Source of the DNA: Geotalea daltonii FRC-32
Lineage (GTDB): Bacteria; Desulfobacterota; Desulfuromonadia; Geobacterales; Geobacteraceae
Assembly: GCF_000022265.1 (NCBI RefSeq)
Contig: NC_011979.1
Span: 1,380,001 to 1,412,000, forward strand
Reading direction: 5' to 3'
DNA length: 32,000 nt
Position numbers and translations under genes: made by a program. Shown here in pieces: positions 8,112 to 16,369 of the stretch. Each line of letters starts with the position of its first letter. The first letter of the stretch is position 1. The notes under the pieces are model-generated. The model was not told the DNA's origin. It saw only the letters and a list, made by a program, of their open reading frames with translations, and ran no database searches.

Positions 8112-9374
8112 ATGGAACAGGTTCTTTTTCGACATAACCGGCCCGGCCGGGCAGCGACCTTTGCCGAGTATTGCGGTGACGGTGGATTCGAGGCTCTGAA
8201 GAAGGCGCTCGGGGGGCTGTCGCCGGACGACGTGCAGCAGATGGTTGTCGACTCGGGGCTGCGTGGCCGCGGCGGGGCCGGGTTTCCCACCGGCAAGAAG
8301 TGGTCCTTTGTCCCCCGCAATCTCCCCGGTCCCCGCTGGCTCATCTGCAACTGCGATGAAATGGAACCGGGCACCTACAAGGACCGGGTGCTGCTGGAGG
8401 CCAATCCCTATTCCCTCATCGAAGGCATCCTCCTTGCCTGCTATGCCATCGGCGTCCATCATGCCTTCATCTTCATCCGTCGTGGCTATGAAACCGCGGC
8501 GGCCAACCTTCGCCATGGGATTGCCGAGGCAGATAAGGCGGAATTCATCGGCGACAACATTATGGGGAGCGGCTTCAGCTGTGCCATCGATGTCCATGTT
8601 TCCGCCGGTCGTTATATCTGCGGCGAGGAAACGGCACTGATGAATGCCCTGGAGGGAAAACGGGCCAACCCGCGCTCCAAGCCCCCTTTTCCGGCAGTGA
8701 AAGGGTTGTGGGGCGGGCCGACGGTGGTGAACAACGTGGAGACCCTGTCGAATATCCCGGCGATTGTCGCGAAAGGTTCCGCCTGGTTCAAAGGTCTGGC
8801 GAAAGTGCCCGAGGCAGCAGGAACGAAGCTCTTCTGCATCAGCGGCCATGTGCGGAATACGGTCTGTGTGGAGCTTCCCATGGGGATGACCCTGGGGGAG
8901 ATCATTGACGGGCCGTGCGGCGGCATGCTGCCCGGCAGGAAGTTCAAGGCCTGCATTCCCGGCGGCGCTTCCACCCCCTTTTTTACTGCCGATCACTTCG
9001 CCGTCCCCATGGATTTCGATGCCGTGGCCAAGGCGGGATCCCGGCTTGGCACCGGCGGCATTGTCGTCTTCGACGAAAACACCTGCATGGTCGGCGTCAC
9101 CCTCAACCTGATCCGCTTTTTTGCCAGGGAATCGTGCGGCTGGTGTACCCCTTGTCGGGAAGGGCTTCCCTTCGTCCATGAGGTGTTGACCCGCATGGAA
9201 CAGGGTCGGGGGAGGGAGGAGGACCTGGAGATATTGAGCGAGCATGTCCATTATCTGAACTATTCCTTCTGCGCCTTGGCCCCAGGAGCCATGGGCCCGG
9301 TGGAAGGATTGCTGCGCCTCTTCAAGGACGAGATCCGGGAACATATCAGGAAGAATGGCTGTCCCTTTAAGTGA
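8112..9374 (+). CDS. nuoF: NADH-quinone oxidoreductase subunit F (FMN, NADH-binding, 4Fe-4S)
   Basis: 420 aa. GLRGRGGAGFPTGKKW, the CNCDEMEPGTYKDR region, and the N3 cluster motif ESCGWCTPCREG. Confidence 0.95.
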   Translation: MEQVLFRHNRPGRAATFAEYCGDGGFEALKKALGGLSPDDVQQMVVDSGLRGRGGAGFPTGKKWSFVPRNLPGPRWLICNCDEMEPGTYKDRVLLEANPYSLIEGILLACYAIGVHHAFIFIRRGYETAAANLRHGIAEADKAEFIGDNIMGSGFSCAIDVHVSAGRYICGEETALMNALEGKRANPRSKPPFPAVKGLWGGPTVVNNVETLSNIPAIVAKGSAWFKGLAKVPEAAGTKLFCISGHVRNTVCVELPMGMTLGEIIDGPCGGMLPGRKFKACIPGGASTPFFTADHFAVPMDFDAVAKAGSRLGTGGIVVFDENTCMVGVTLNLIRFFARESCGWCTPCREGLPFVHEVLTRMEQGRGREEDLEILSEHVHYLNYSFCALAPGAMGPVEGLLRLFKDEIREHIRKNGCPFK

Positions 9375-9385
9375 TGCGTTCACAC

Positions 9386-9417
9386 CCCCACTCCCTTGAT
9401 GGAGAGGGGCCTTTTTT
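9386..9417 (+). terminator. Terminator-like hairpin plus T6 run inside the operon (nuoF-nuoG spacer)
   Basis: CCCCACTCC (9386-9394) pairs with GGAGAGGGG (9401-9409) with one A-A mismatch. It is followed by C and TTTTTT (9412-9417). Confidence 0.4.
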
Positions 9418-9439
9418 AAAGTCAAACACACAGAATCCT

Positions 9440-11332
9440 ATGCCGAAATTGACCATCGATAACATACCCGTTGAGGTGCCGGCCGGGACCAACGTCCTGG
9501 AAGCGGCCAGGCAGGTGGGCGTCTGGATTCCCCACTTCTGCTATCATCCCGCCCTGGGGAGTGTTGGTGCGTGCCGGCTTTGCGCCATGAAATTCCTGGA
9601 AGGGCCGGTGAAAGGGGTGCAGATGTCGTGCATGATCCCGGCCCAGGATGGCATGGTGGTTTCCACCACCGATGGCGAAGCGGCGAAGATGCGGCAAATG
9701 GTCATCGAGTGGCTGATGATCAACCACCCCCACGACTGCCCTGTCTGCGACGAGGGGGGCGAATGCCTGCTCCAGGACTACACCATCGCCGGCGGTCACG
9801 GTATCCGCCGCTACCGGGGAAAGAAGCGGACCTTCAACAACCAGTTCCTGGGGCCGTACATCGAACACGAGATGAACCGCTGCATTGAGTGCTACCGCTG
9901 CGCCCGCTTCTACCAGGATTTTGCCGGCGGAACAGATTTTGGCGTCATGGGGAGTGCCGGCCGGGTATATTTCGGCCGCTTCAGGGAGGGACAGTTGCAG
10001 TCCCCCTTTTCCGGCAATCTTGTCGATATCTGTCCTACCGGCGTTTTTACCGACAAGACGGCAAGGTTCCGCGCTCGTTACTGGGATTACGACATGGCTC
10101 CGTCCATCTGCCCCCACTGCTCCCTGGGCTGCAATACCATTCCGGCGGCCCGTTACCGGGAGCTGCTCAAGACCATGGCCCGCAGAAACGATGCCGTCAA
10201 CGGCTGGTTCATCTGCGACCGGGGGCGGTTCGAAAAATACCCGGTCAACGACCCGGCCAGACCACGCGCTCCAGGCATAGACGGTGTGGAGGCAAGCTGG
10301 GATCAGGCGCTTGATGCACTTGTCCAGAGGCTCGGGGAGGTTACGGCACTGCACGGCCAGGGAAGTATCGCCGTCGTCGGTTCTCCCCGTCTTTCTCTGG
10401 AGGGGCTGGTAATGCTTCCCCTGCTGGCGGAAACAATGGGGAGCGGCAACTTCTGTTTTTTTACCGACAAAGATGAGTCAGACAAGGCTAAGGCGGCAGT
10501 CGAAAAACTTACTCTAGCCAATTCCGCCTCCATGGCCGATGTGCAGACTGCCGATGCAGTGGTCGTCATGGCCTGCGACCTGCTGACGGAAGGGGCGATG
10601 ATGGCCCTGGCGGTACGCCAGGCATGGCGCAACGGAGCACGCGTCTTTCTTCTGAAGGCCAACGTTAGTGCACTGACGGCGGGGGTCGGCATTGTTGTCG
10701 AGGCGGTGGATTCCCTTTCTGCCATACCTTTTGCGGATTTCAAAAGACCGGTGGTGATCTGCGGTACCGCCCAGGCAGATACAGCCACCATCGAGAAGGC
10801 GGCCAATGCAGGCGCTAAAATTTCCTATATGCTTTCCGGAGCAAATGCCTTTGCCGCGGCACGCTTGTCATTGAAACATGGTGCCCGCGATCTGCAGACC
10901 GCCGTTGCCGGTGGAAAAATAAAGGGTATCATTGCCTTTGAGGCGGACCTGGCGGCAGACCTAGTGGAAAAACTTCCCTTTGTGGCCATTGCCGATTATA
11001 TGCCTTCGGATCTCACCGGGAAAGCCTCAGTTTTTCTTCCCGCCACCACTACTATCGAAATGGACGGCACCTTCATCAATAACGAAGGGCGAGCCCAGCG
11101 CTTCAAAAAGGTGATGGAGCCCGGGCTGCCCATAAAAGGACTCGACCCGGCGCTCCACCCACCCCATGTGCACCGGTTGTCACCACCCGGTGGCGAAGTA
11201 CGGCCGTCCTGGCAGATCATAGCCGCTCTGATAGAGCTCCTCAGCGGAGAGAAGATAGTAGAACCCCTTGTCGGGCAATGGGAGAAGCTGCGCGATCTGG
11301 ATGCGGAAAACGGCGGCCTGAGCATATTATGA
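9440..11332 (+). CDS. nuoG: NADH-quinone oxidoreductase subunit G (short form)
   Basis: Starts MPKLTIDNIPVEV. 2Fe-2S and 4Fe-4S motifs: CRLC, HPHDCPVCDEGGECLLQD, CIECYRCARF, CPTGVF. The track ORF starts at 9371, but that extension covers the spacer palindrome. Confidence 0.9.
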   Translation: MPKLTIDNIPVEVPAGTNVLEAARQVGVWIPHFCYHPALGSVGACRLCAMKFLEGPVKGVQMSCMIPAQDGMVVSTTDGEAAKMRQMVIEWLMINHPHDCPVCDEGGECLLQDYTIAGGHGIRRYRGKKRTFNNQFLGPYIEHEMNRCIECYRCARFYQDFAGGTDFGVMGSAGRVYFGRFREGQLQSPFSGNLVDICPTGVFTDKTARFRARYWDYDMAPSICPHCSLGCNTIPAARYRELLKTMARRNDAVNGWFICDRGRFEKYPVNDPARPRAPGIDGVEASWDQALDALVQRLGEVTALHGQGSIAVVGSPRLSLEGLVMLPLLAETMGSGNFCFFTDKDESDKAKAAVEKLTLANSASMADVQTADAVVVMACDLLTEGAMMALAVRQAWRNGARVFLLKANVSALTAGVGIVVEAVDSLSAIPFADFKRPVVICGTAQADTATIEKAANAGAKISYMLSGANAFAAARLSLKHGARDLQTAVAGGKIKGIIAFEADLAADLVEKLPFVAIADYMPSDLTGKASVFLPATTTIEMDGTFINNEGRAQRFKKVMEPGLPIKGLDPALHPPHVHRLSPPGGEVRPSWQIIAALIELLSGEKIVEPLVGQWEKLRDLDAENGGLSIL

Positions 11333-11344
11333 TGGTGAATTACT

Positions 11345-12349
11345 GTGAACATTGATCCCCTGGACATACTGCTGATCGCGGCAAAGATCGGCGCCGTCTT
11401 CCTCGTCATCCTCACCACGGCGGCCTACCTGGTCTTTGCCGAACGACGCATCCTGGGCTGGATCCAGGACCGGAAGGGTCCGAACCGGGTCGGGCCCATG
11501 GGGCTTCTGCAGCCAGTGGCCGATGTGATCAAGATGCTGACCAAGGAAGACATGCTGCCTGCGGCGGCGGACAAATGGCTCTTTTACCTGGCTCCGGCCA
11601 TGGCGGCAATTCCGGCCATCATGACCTTCGCCATCATTCCCTTCGGCGCACCGGTGACTCTCTTCGGCCGGCAGATCCCCATGCAGGTGGCTGATCTGCA
11701 CGTTGGGATTCTTTTTTTCATGGCCCTTTCATCCATTGCCGTCTATGGCGTTGCCTTGGGGGGATGGGCCTCCAATTCCAAGTATGCCCTTCTCGGCAGC
11801 ATCCGCGGTCTTGCCCAGCTCATCTCCTACGAGCTTTCCATGGGACTCTCGCTGGTGCCGGTAGTGATGCTCGCCCGCTCCTTTCGCCTTTCCGAGATCG
11901 TCAACGCCCAGGCAGGCGTCTGGTTCATAGTTTACCAACCATTGGCATTCGTCATCTTCCTCATCAGCATCATTGCCGAATGCAGGCGCATACCCTTCGA
12001 CCTTCCCGAAGCGGAAGGGGAATTGGTGGCGGGTTTCCATTCCGAATACTCGGGAATGCGCTTCGGCCTGTTCTTCGTCGGCGAATATATCAACATCATC
12101 GTCCTCGGTGCCCTGGCCACAACCTTTTTCCTCGGGGGCTGGCACGGTCCACTGCTTCCGCCTGTCGTCTGGTTCTTCCTCAAGACCCTGGCGTTCACCT
12201 TCCTTTTTATCTGGGTACGCGGCACTTTGCCGCGGCTGCGCTACGACCAGCTCATGCATCTGGGATGGAAACTGCTGACGCCACTGGCGCTGGTCAACAT
12301 TGTGGTAACCGGCTGGTACTTAACGCTTTCCGGGAGCTTCCGATATTAA
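11345..12349 (+). CDS. nuoH: NADH-quinone oxidoreductase subunit H
   Basis: 334 aa, GTG start, polytopic ND1 family (ERRILGWIQDRKGPN; ECRRIPFDLPEAEGELVAGFHSEYSG). Confidence 0.95.
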   Translation: MNIDPLDILLIAAKIGAVFLVILTTAAYLVFAERRILGWIQDRKGPNRVGPMGLLQPVADVIKMLTKEDMLPAAADKWLFYLAPAMAAIPAIMTFAIIPFGAPVTLFGRQIPMQVADLHVGILFFMALSSIAVYGVALGGWASNSKYALLGSIRGLAQLISYELSMGLSLVPVVMLARSFRLSEIVNAQAGVWFIVYQPLAFVIFLISIIAECRRIPFDLPEAEGELVAGFHSEYSGMRFGLFFVGEYINIIVLGALATTFFLGGWHGPLLPPVVWFFLKTLAFTFLFIWVRGTLPRLRYDQLMHLGWKLLTPLALVNIVVTGWYLTLSGSFRY

Positions 12350-12377
12350 CCATTCAGATGTAAAAGGAGGAGATGCA

Positions 12378-12806
12378 ATGAGTGAGAATTTGAATGAAAT
12401 CGATGACCACGGGCACACTCCCCTGATTGAGGCGGCAAAATCAGGGGATGTGGGGGCAATCAAGGATCTTGTCAGCCGCGGGGCCGATCTCAATGCCAAG
12501 AGCAACAAAGGCAAAACGGCCCTTCATTACGCCGCAGCCAACGGCAGGGCCATTGCCATCAAGGAGCTCCTGGCGGCGGGGGCCGAAGTGGACCCGCGAG
12601 ACCGGGAATGGCATACACCGCTGATGCTTGCCGCAATTTACGGCTGCAACGAATGTGTCCAGGATCTTTTGAGTTCCGGGGCGGATGTCAATGCCCGAAC
12701 CCTGGCAGGCAACACAGCATATATTTATGCAGAAAGCAATGATCATCCGGACACTGCCGGGATACTTAAAAAGGTGTTGAGAGCCAAGCCCCATGCCATT
12801 GGGTAA
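12378..12806 (+). CDS. Ankyrin-repeat protein, embedded between nuoH and nuoI
   Basis: 142 aa with 3-4 ankyrin units (GHTPLIEAAKSGDVGAIKDLVSRGADLNA; GKTALHYAAANGRAIAIKELLAAGAEVD; WHTPLMLAAIYGCNECVQDLLSSGADVNA). Strong RBS AAGGAGG at 12364-12370. No signal peptide. Confidence 0.9.
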   Translation: MSENLNEIDDHGHTPLIEAAKSGDVGAIKDLVSRGADLNAKSNKGKTALHYAAANGRAIAIKELLAAGAEVDPRDREWHTPLMLAAIYGCNECVQDLLSSGADVNARTLAGNTAYIYAESNDHPDTAGILKKVLRAKPHAIG

Positions 12807-12919
12807 AATGGCTTTGAAAAACTACTGCAGGGCCGATCTGCGGTGTTTTCACTCGCTCGGGCCTTGCATATCGGCCTCTTTAGGCCCTGTGGGTCCCATT
12901 ACGTTTTTCAAAGCCATTT
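12806..12919. repeat. 114-bp MITE-like or structured element bounded by perfect 17-bp inverted repeats
   Basis: AAATGGCTTTGAAAAAC (12806-12822) is the exact reverse complement of GTTTTTCAAAGCCATTT (12903-12919). The 80-bp core holds further short hairpins and the 23-bp motif shared with 7077-7099. Confidence 0.65.
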
Positions 12920-12939
12920 AAAGACTGTTGAGGAGATTC

Positions 12940-13470
12940 ATGTCTGTCTTTGCGGACATAAAAGCGCTGTCGCTCGGCCTGTGGACCACCTGGAAGCACA
13001 TCTTCCGCAAGCCGGTGACCATCCAGTATCCGGAGGAAAAACGGACGCCCTATCCCCGCTTCCGGGCGCGGATCGTCCTCACCCGTGACCCGGACGGCGG
13101 CGAACGCTGCGTGGCCTGTTACCTCTGTTCTGCTGCCTGCCCGGTGGACTGCATCTCCATGCAGTCGGTGGAAGGTCCCAACGGGCGGCGCTATGCCGAG
13201 TGGTTCCGCATCAATTTCGCCCGCTGCATTTACTGCGGCCTCTGCGCCGAGGCCTGCCCGACCCTGGCCATCCAGATGACCACCGACTACGAGTTCTGCA
13301 AGCGGGACATCATGGAGATGATTTACGAGAAGGAAGACCTGCTCATCGACGGCTGCGGCAAGGACGATAGCTACAATTTCTACCGCCATGCGGGGATTGG
13401 CGTGGTCAACCCACGGGGGGGCAATGTGGATGAGGAACCAACCGTGGACCCGCGGGGGTTATTACCCTGA
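12940..13470 (+). CDS. nuoI: NADH-quinone oxidoreductase subunit I (2x 4Fe-4S ferredoxin)
   Basis: [12 protein letters not shown] and [12 protein letters not shown] motifs. ATG at 12940 has GAGGAG 5 nt upstream. The track start, TTG 12928, is less likely. Confidence 0.95.
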   Translation: MSVFADIKALSLGLWTTWKHIFRKPVTIQYPEEKRTPYPRFRARIVLTRDPDGGERCVACYLCSAACPVDCISMQSVEGPNGRRYAEWFRINFARCIYCGLCAEACPTLAIQMTTDYEFCKRDIMEMIYEKEDLLIDGCGKDDSYNFYRHAGIGVVNPRGGNVDEEPTVDPRGLLP

Positions 13471-13471
13471 T

Positions 13472-13548
13472 TTGTAGGGGCGGCCCCGCGTGGCCGCCCT
13501 CACTACCCATACAGAACACCAGGGCAACCACACGGGGTTGCTCCTACA
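13472..13548. repeat. Nested-hairpin element in the nuoI-nuoJ spacer
   Basis: Outer arms: TGTAGGGG (13472-13479) against CTCCTACA (13541-13548), one mismatch. Inner hairpin 1: GGGCGGCC (13478-13485) against GGCCGCCC (13492-13499). Inner hairpin 2: GCAACC (13524-13529) against GGTTGC (13536-13541). Confidence 0.55.
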
Positions 13549-13561
13549 GGATTGACTCACC

Positions 13562-14047
13562 ATGGAACAGGCACTCTTCTACATCCTGGCGGCGGTGACG
13601 GTCGTTGCCACCATTTTTGCCATTACCGAAAAGCATGCGGTGCATGCCATCGTCTACCTGGTTACCTCGTTCTTTGCCCTGGCGGTGATCTTCTTCCTGC
13701 TCAGTGCGCCGCTGGTGGCGGTTTTCGAGGTCATCATCTATGCCGGTGCCATCATGGTGCTGTTCATGTTCGTCATAATGATGTTGGACCTGAGCCACCC
13801 GGAAAAGATCGGCCTGCCGCGCTTTGCCCACTGGTGGCCGGCCATCCTTCTTGGGGGAATCATCCTGGCAGCTTTCATCACACTGGTTATGGCCCGTCAG
13901 CAGGCAGTGCCGGGGGAGGTGGCAGAAATCGGCATCCGCGACTTTAGCCGCACCCTTTTCCAGAAGTACGGCATTGCCGTGGAGATTATTTCCATGCAGC
14001 TCCTCTTTGCCCTGGTGGGTGCGCTATATCTCGGGAGGCGCAGGTGA
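13562..14047 (+). CDS. nuoJ: NADH-quinone oxidoreductase subunit J
   Basis: 161 aa, ND6-like hydrophobic protein at the conserved operon position (VIIYAGAIMVLFMFVIMM). Confidence 0.9.
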   Translation: MEQALFYILAAVTVVATIFAITEKHAVHAIVYLVTSFFALAVIFFLLSAPLVAVFEVIIYAGAIMVLFMFVIMMLDLSHPEKIGLPRFAHWWPAILLGGIILAAFITLVMARQQAVPGEVAEIGIRDFSRTLFQKYGIAVEIISMQLLFALVGALYLGRRR

Positions 14048-14056
14048 AAAAATATA

Positions 14057-14091
14057 GTTCGATGTTCGAAGTTTAAGGTTCGAGGTTAAAC
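14057..14091. repeat. Second heptanucleotide array (GTTCGAT GTTCGAA GTTTAAG GTTCGAG GTTAAAC)
   Basis: Five in-phase 7-bp units of the same GTTCGAN type as at 4558-4585. They fill the nuoJ-nuoK spacer. Confidence 0.75.
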
Positions 14092-14094
14092 GGA

Positions 14095-14403
14095 ATGATC
14101 GTGCCCCTGTTGCATATCCTGATTTTGGCTGGCATTCTCTTCGTCCTTGGCCTGGTCTGCACCATGGTCTGGCGAATGAATATCATCATGATGCTGATCG
14201 GCATCGAGATCATGCTCAATGCGGCCATGCTCGCCTTCGTCGGCGCTGCCAACCGCTGGGGGACAGCCGACGGTCAGGTCTTCTCCCTGATGATCATGGC
14301 CATGACCTCCGCCGAGGTGTCACTGGCCCTGGCGCTGGTGGTCTACCTGCACCGGTGGCGGAAAACCGTTAATGCGGATGACTTCAACAGCATGAAAGGC
14401 TGA
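14095..14403 (+). CDS. nuoK: NADH-quinone oxidoreductase subunit K
   Basis: 102 aa, 3-TM ND4L-like protein (GIEIMLNAA; AEVSLALALVV). Confidence 0.95.
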   Translation: MIVPLLHILILAGILFVLGLVCTMVWRMNIIMMLIGIEIMLNAAMLAFVGAANRWGTADGQVFSLMIMAMTSAEVSLALALVVYLHRWRKTVNADDFNSMKG

Positions 14404-14407
14404 CGAT

Positions 14408-16369
14408 TTGAAACTCTACCTGGCCCTCATAATCCTGCTGCCCCTGATTGGGGGAATAATCAATGCCGTCGTAGGCAGCAAACTGCCCCGCCGCATATCT
14501 GAGCTGCTCGCCTGCGGTGTGGTCTGGGGGTCTTTTGTCTGCAGCCTGCTAGCCTATGGTGCTTACCAGACCCCCACAACCGTCAAGCTTGCTTCCTGGC
14601 TAGCCGCATTCGATTTCGAGGCACCCATCAGCCTCTACCTGGACCCGCTGGCGCTGGTCATGGTGCTGATGATCACCTTCGTCTGCGGCCTGATTCACGT
14701 TTACTCCGTCGGCTACATGGCCGGTGATCCCGATTACGTCCGTTACTTCGCCCTGCTCAACCTGTTCGTCTTCGCCATGCTGGTGCTGGTGCTGGCGGAG
14801 AACCTGCCGTTACTTTATCTGGGGTGGGAGGGGGTCGGCTTCTGTTCCTACGCCCTGATTGGCTTCTGGTATCGGGAGGAGAAAAACGCCACTGCCGGAC
14901 GCAAGGCCTTCATCGTCACCCGCATCGGCGATACCGCCTTCGGCATTGCCATTTTCTGGATGTTCCAGCTCTTTCACACCGTATCCATTACCGAATTGAA
15001 CGGTCTCGGTTTCCTGATGCCGGTCGGTGTCATCACCGCCTTGGGGTTGCTGCTGCTTTTCGGGGCCATGGGCAAGTCGGCCCAGCTGCCGCTCATGGTC
15101 TGGCTTCCCGATGCCATGGCCGGCCCGACCCCTGTCTCTGCCCAGATCCACGCAGCCACCATGGTCACCGCCGGGGTCTACCTCCTGGCCCGGATGTTTC
15201 CGCTCATCGGAATGTCAACAACGGTGCAGGCAGCCATCGCCCTCACCGGCGCCCTGACCGCCTTTTACGCGGCCACCTGTGCTCTGGCCCAGCGGGACCT
15301 GAAACGCATCCTCGCCTATTCCACCATCAGCCAGATCGGCTATATGATGCTCGGCGTCGGCTGTGGCGCCATCTCCGCCGCCACCTTCCATCTCCTCGTT
15401 CATGCCTTTTTCAAGGCACTGCTCTTCCTCGCCGCCGGCTGCGTCATAGCCACAATGCACCATGAACAGGACATTTTCCGCATGGGGGGCTTGCGCAGTC
15501 GCCTGCCGCTCACCTTCTGGCCCTTTCTCGCCGGTGCCGCCTGCCTGGCCGGTATTCCCCTCACCGGCGGATTTTTCAGCAAGGATTCCATTCTCCTGGC
15601 GGCCTGGGAGAAGGGGGGAACCCTGTATGGCGGGCTCTACATCCTGGGGCTTGTGACGGCGCTCATTACCTCCATCTACACCTTTCGCATGGTCTATCTG
15701 GTCTTTGGCGGCAGCACCCATCACCTCCCCCCCCTAGAAAAAGGGGGGACAGGGGGGATTTATTCTGCAGTTTCACATAAAATCCCCCTCTATCCCCCTT
15801 TGTCAAAGGGGGAGGGCTTTGTACAGCCGCCGCGGGTAATGGAGCTGATGCTCATTCCCCTGGCGATCCTGGCCCTGTGCGGCGGACTGCTCAATCTGCC
15901 TGCCTACCTGGGTCCCGGCTGGCTGGAAGACTTTCTTTCCGGCACGGTAAGCAAGGAATCGGCTGGGGCGGGACACGCCATTGAACTGGTGCTGCAGGCA
16001 GTCGCCACGGTCGCGGCTCTGGCAGGCCTTGCCGTTGCCCATATGCGTTATGGGAAGAGGCGGGACCGGGTTATTGCCGCTGCTGCGCAACCGGAAAGCG
16101 GCCTCAACGCCTTTCTCCTCAGGGGCTGGTATGCGGATGATCTTTACCGCCTGCTGTTCGTCCGCCCCTATAAGGCGTTGGCGGGCATATTGTGGCAACG
16201 GATTGACGAAGGGGTCATAGACGATGCCCTGGACCGGCTGGCGGAGATCCTGGGGCGGGTGGGAAGGGACGTGGGGTGCTGGACCACCGGCCAAGTCTCT
16301 CTGTACATCATTAGTTTCGCTGCCGGGGGCGCCCTGATTCTCGGATACCTGGCATGGGTGGTGTGGTGA
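14408..16369 (+). CDS. nuoL: NADH-quinone oxidoreductase subunit L, with an in-frame repeat-derived insertion
   Basis: 653 aa, TTG start, ND5-family antiporter-like subunit (GWEGVGFCSYALIGFWY; KSAQLPLMVWLPDAMAGPTPVSA). Confidence 0.95.
   Translation: MKLYLALIILLPLIGGIINAVVGSKLPRRISELLACGVVWGSFVCSLLAYGAYQTPTTVKLASWLAAFDFEAPISLYLDPLALVMVLMITFVCGLIHVYSVGYMAGDPDYVRYFALLNLFVFAMLVLVLAENLPLLYLGWEGVGFCSYALIGFWYREEKNATAGRKAFIVTRIGDTAFGIAIFWMFQLFHTVSITELNGLGFLMPVGVITALGLLLLFGAMGKSAQLPLMVWLPDAMAGPTPVSAQIHAATMVTAGVYLLARMFPLIGMSTTVQAAIALTGALTAFYAATCALAQRDLKRILAYSTISQIGYMMLGVGCGAISAATFHLLVHAFFKALLFLAAGCVIATMHHEQDIFRMGGLRSRLPLTFWPFLAGAACLAGIPLTGGFFSKDSILLAAWEKGGTLYGGLYILGLVTALITSIYTFRMVYLVFGGSTHHLPPLEKGGTGGIYSAVSHKIPLYPPLSKGEGFVQPPRVMELMLIPLAILALCGGLLNLPAYLGPGWLEDFLSGTVSKESAGAGHAIELVLQAVATVAALAGLAVAHMRYGKRRDRVIAAAAQPESGLNAFLLRGWYADDLYRLLFVRPYKALAGILWQRIDEGVIDDALDRLAEILGRVGRDVGCWTTGQVSLYIISFAAGGALILGYLAWVVW
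15727..15812. repeat. Cluster of three G/C-clamped palindromes lying in frame inside nuoL
   Basis: CCCCCCCC-tagaaaaa-GGGGGG (15727-15748). GGGGGATTT..AAAATCCCCC (15753-15788, imperfect). Perfect 19-nt palindrome CCCCCTTTG-t-CAAAGGGGG (15794-15812). Encoded peptide: LPPLEKGGTGGIYSAVSHKIPLYPPLSKGEG. Confidence 0.8.

Noticed and set aside
7953-9431. 492-aa ORF on the minus strand
   Set aside because: It is antisense to nuoF, has the same shadow-ORF composition, and runs through the spacer palindromes.
9371-9439. N-terminal extension of nuoG (MMRSHPHSLDGEGPFLKSNTQNP) from the ORF track
   Set aside because: The extension is the translation of the spacer palindrome and T-run. The canonical NuoG N-terminus, MPKLTIDN.., begins at 9440.
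12928-12939. TTG start for nuoI, and similarly 16354 for nuoM and 4141 for nuoA
   Set aside because: Downstream ATGs fit RBS spacing or stop-start overlap better (12940 after GAGGAG; 16369 in TGATG). The nuoA start remains genuinely ambiguous.
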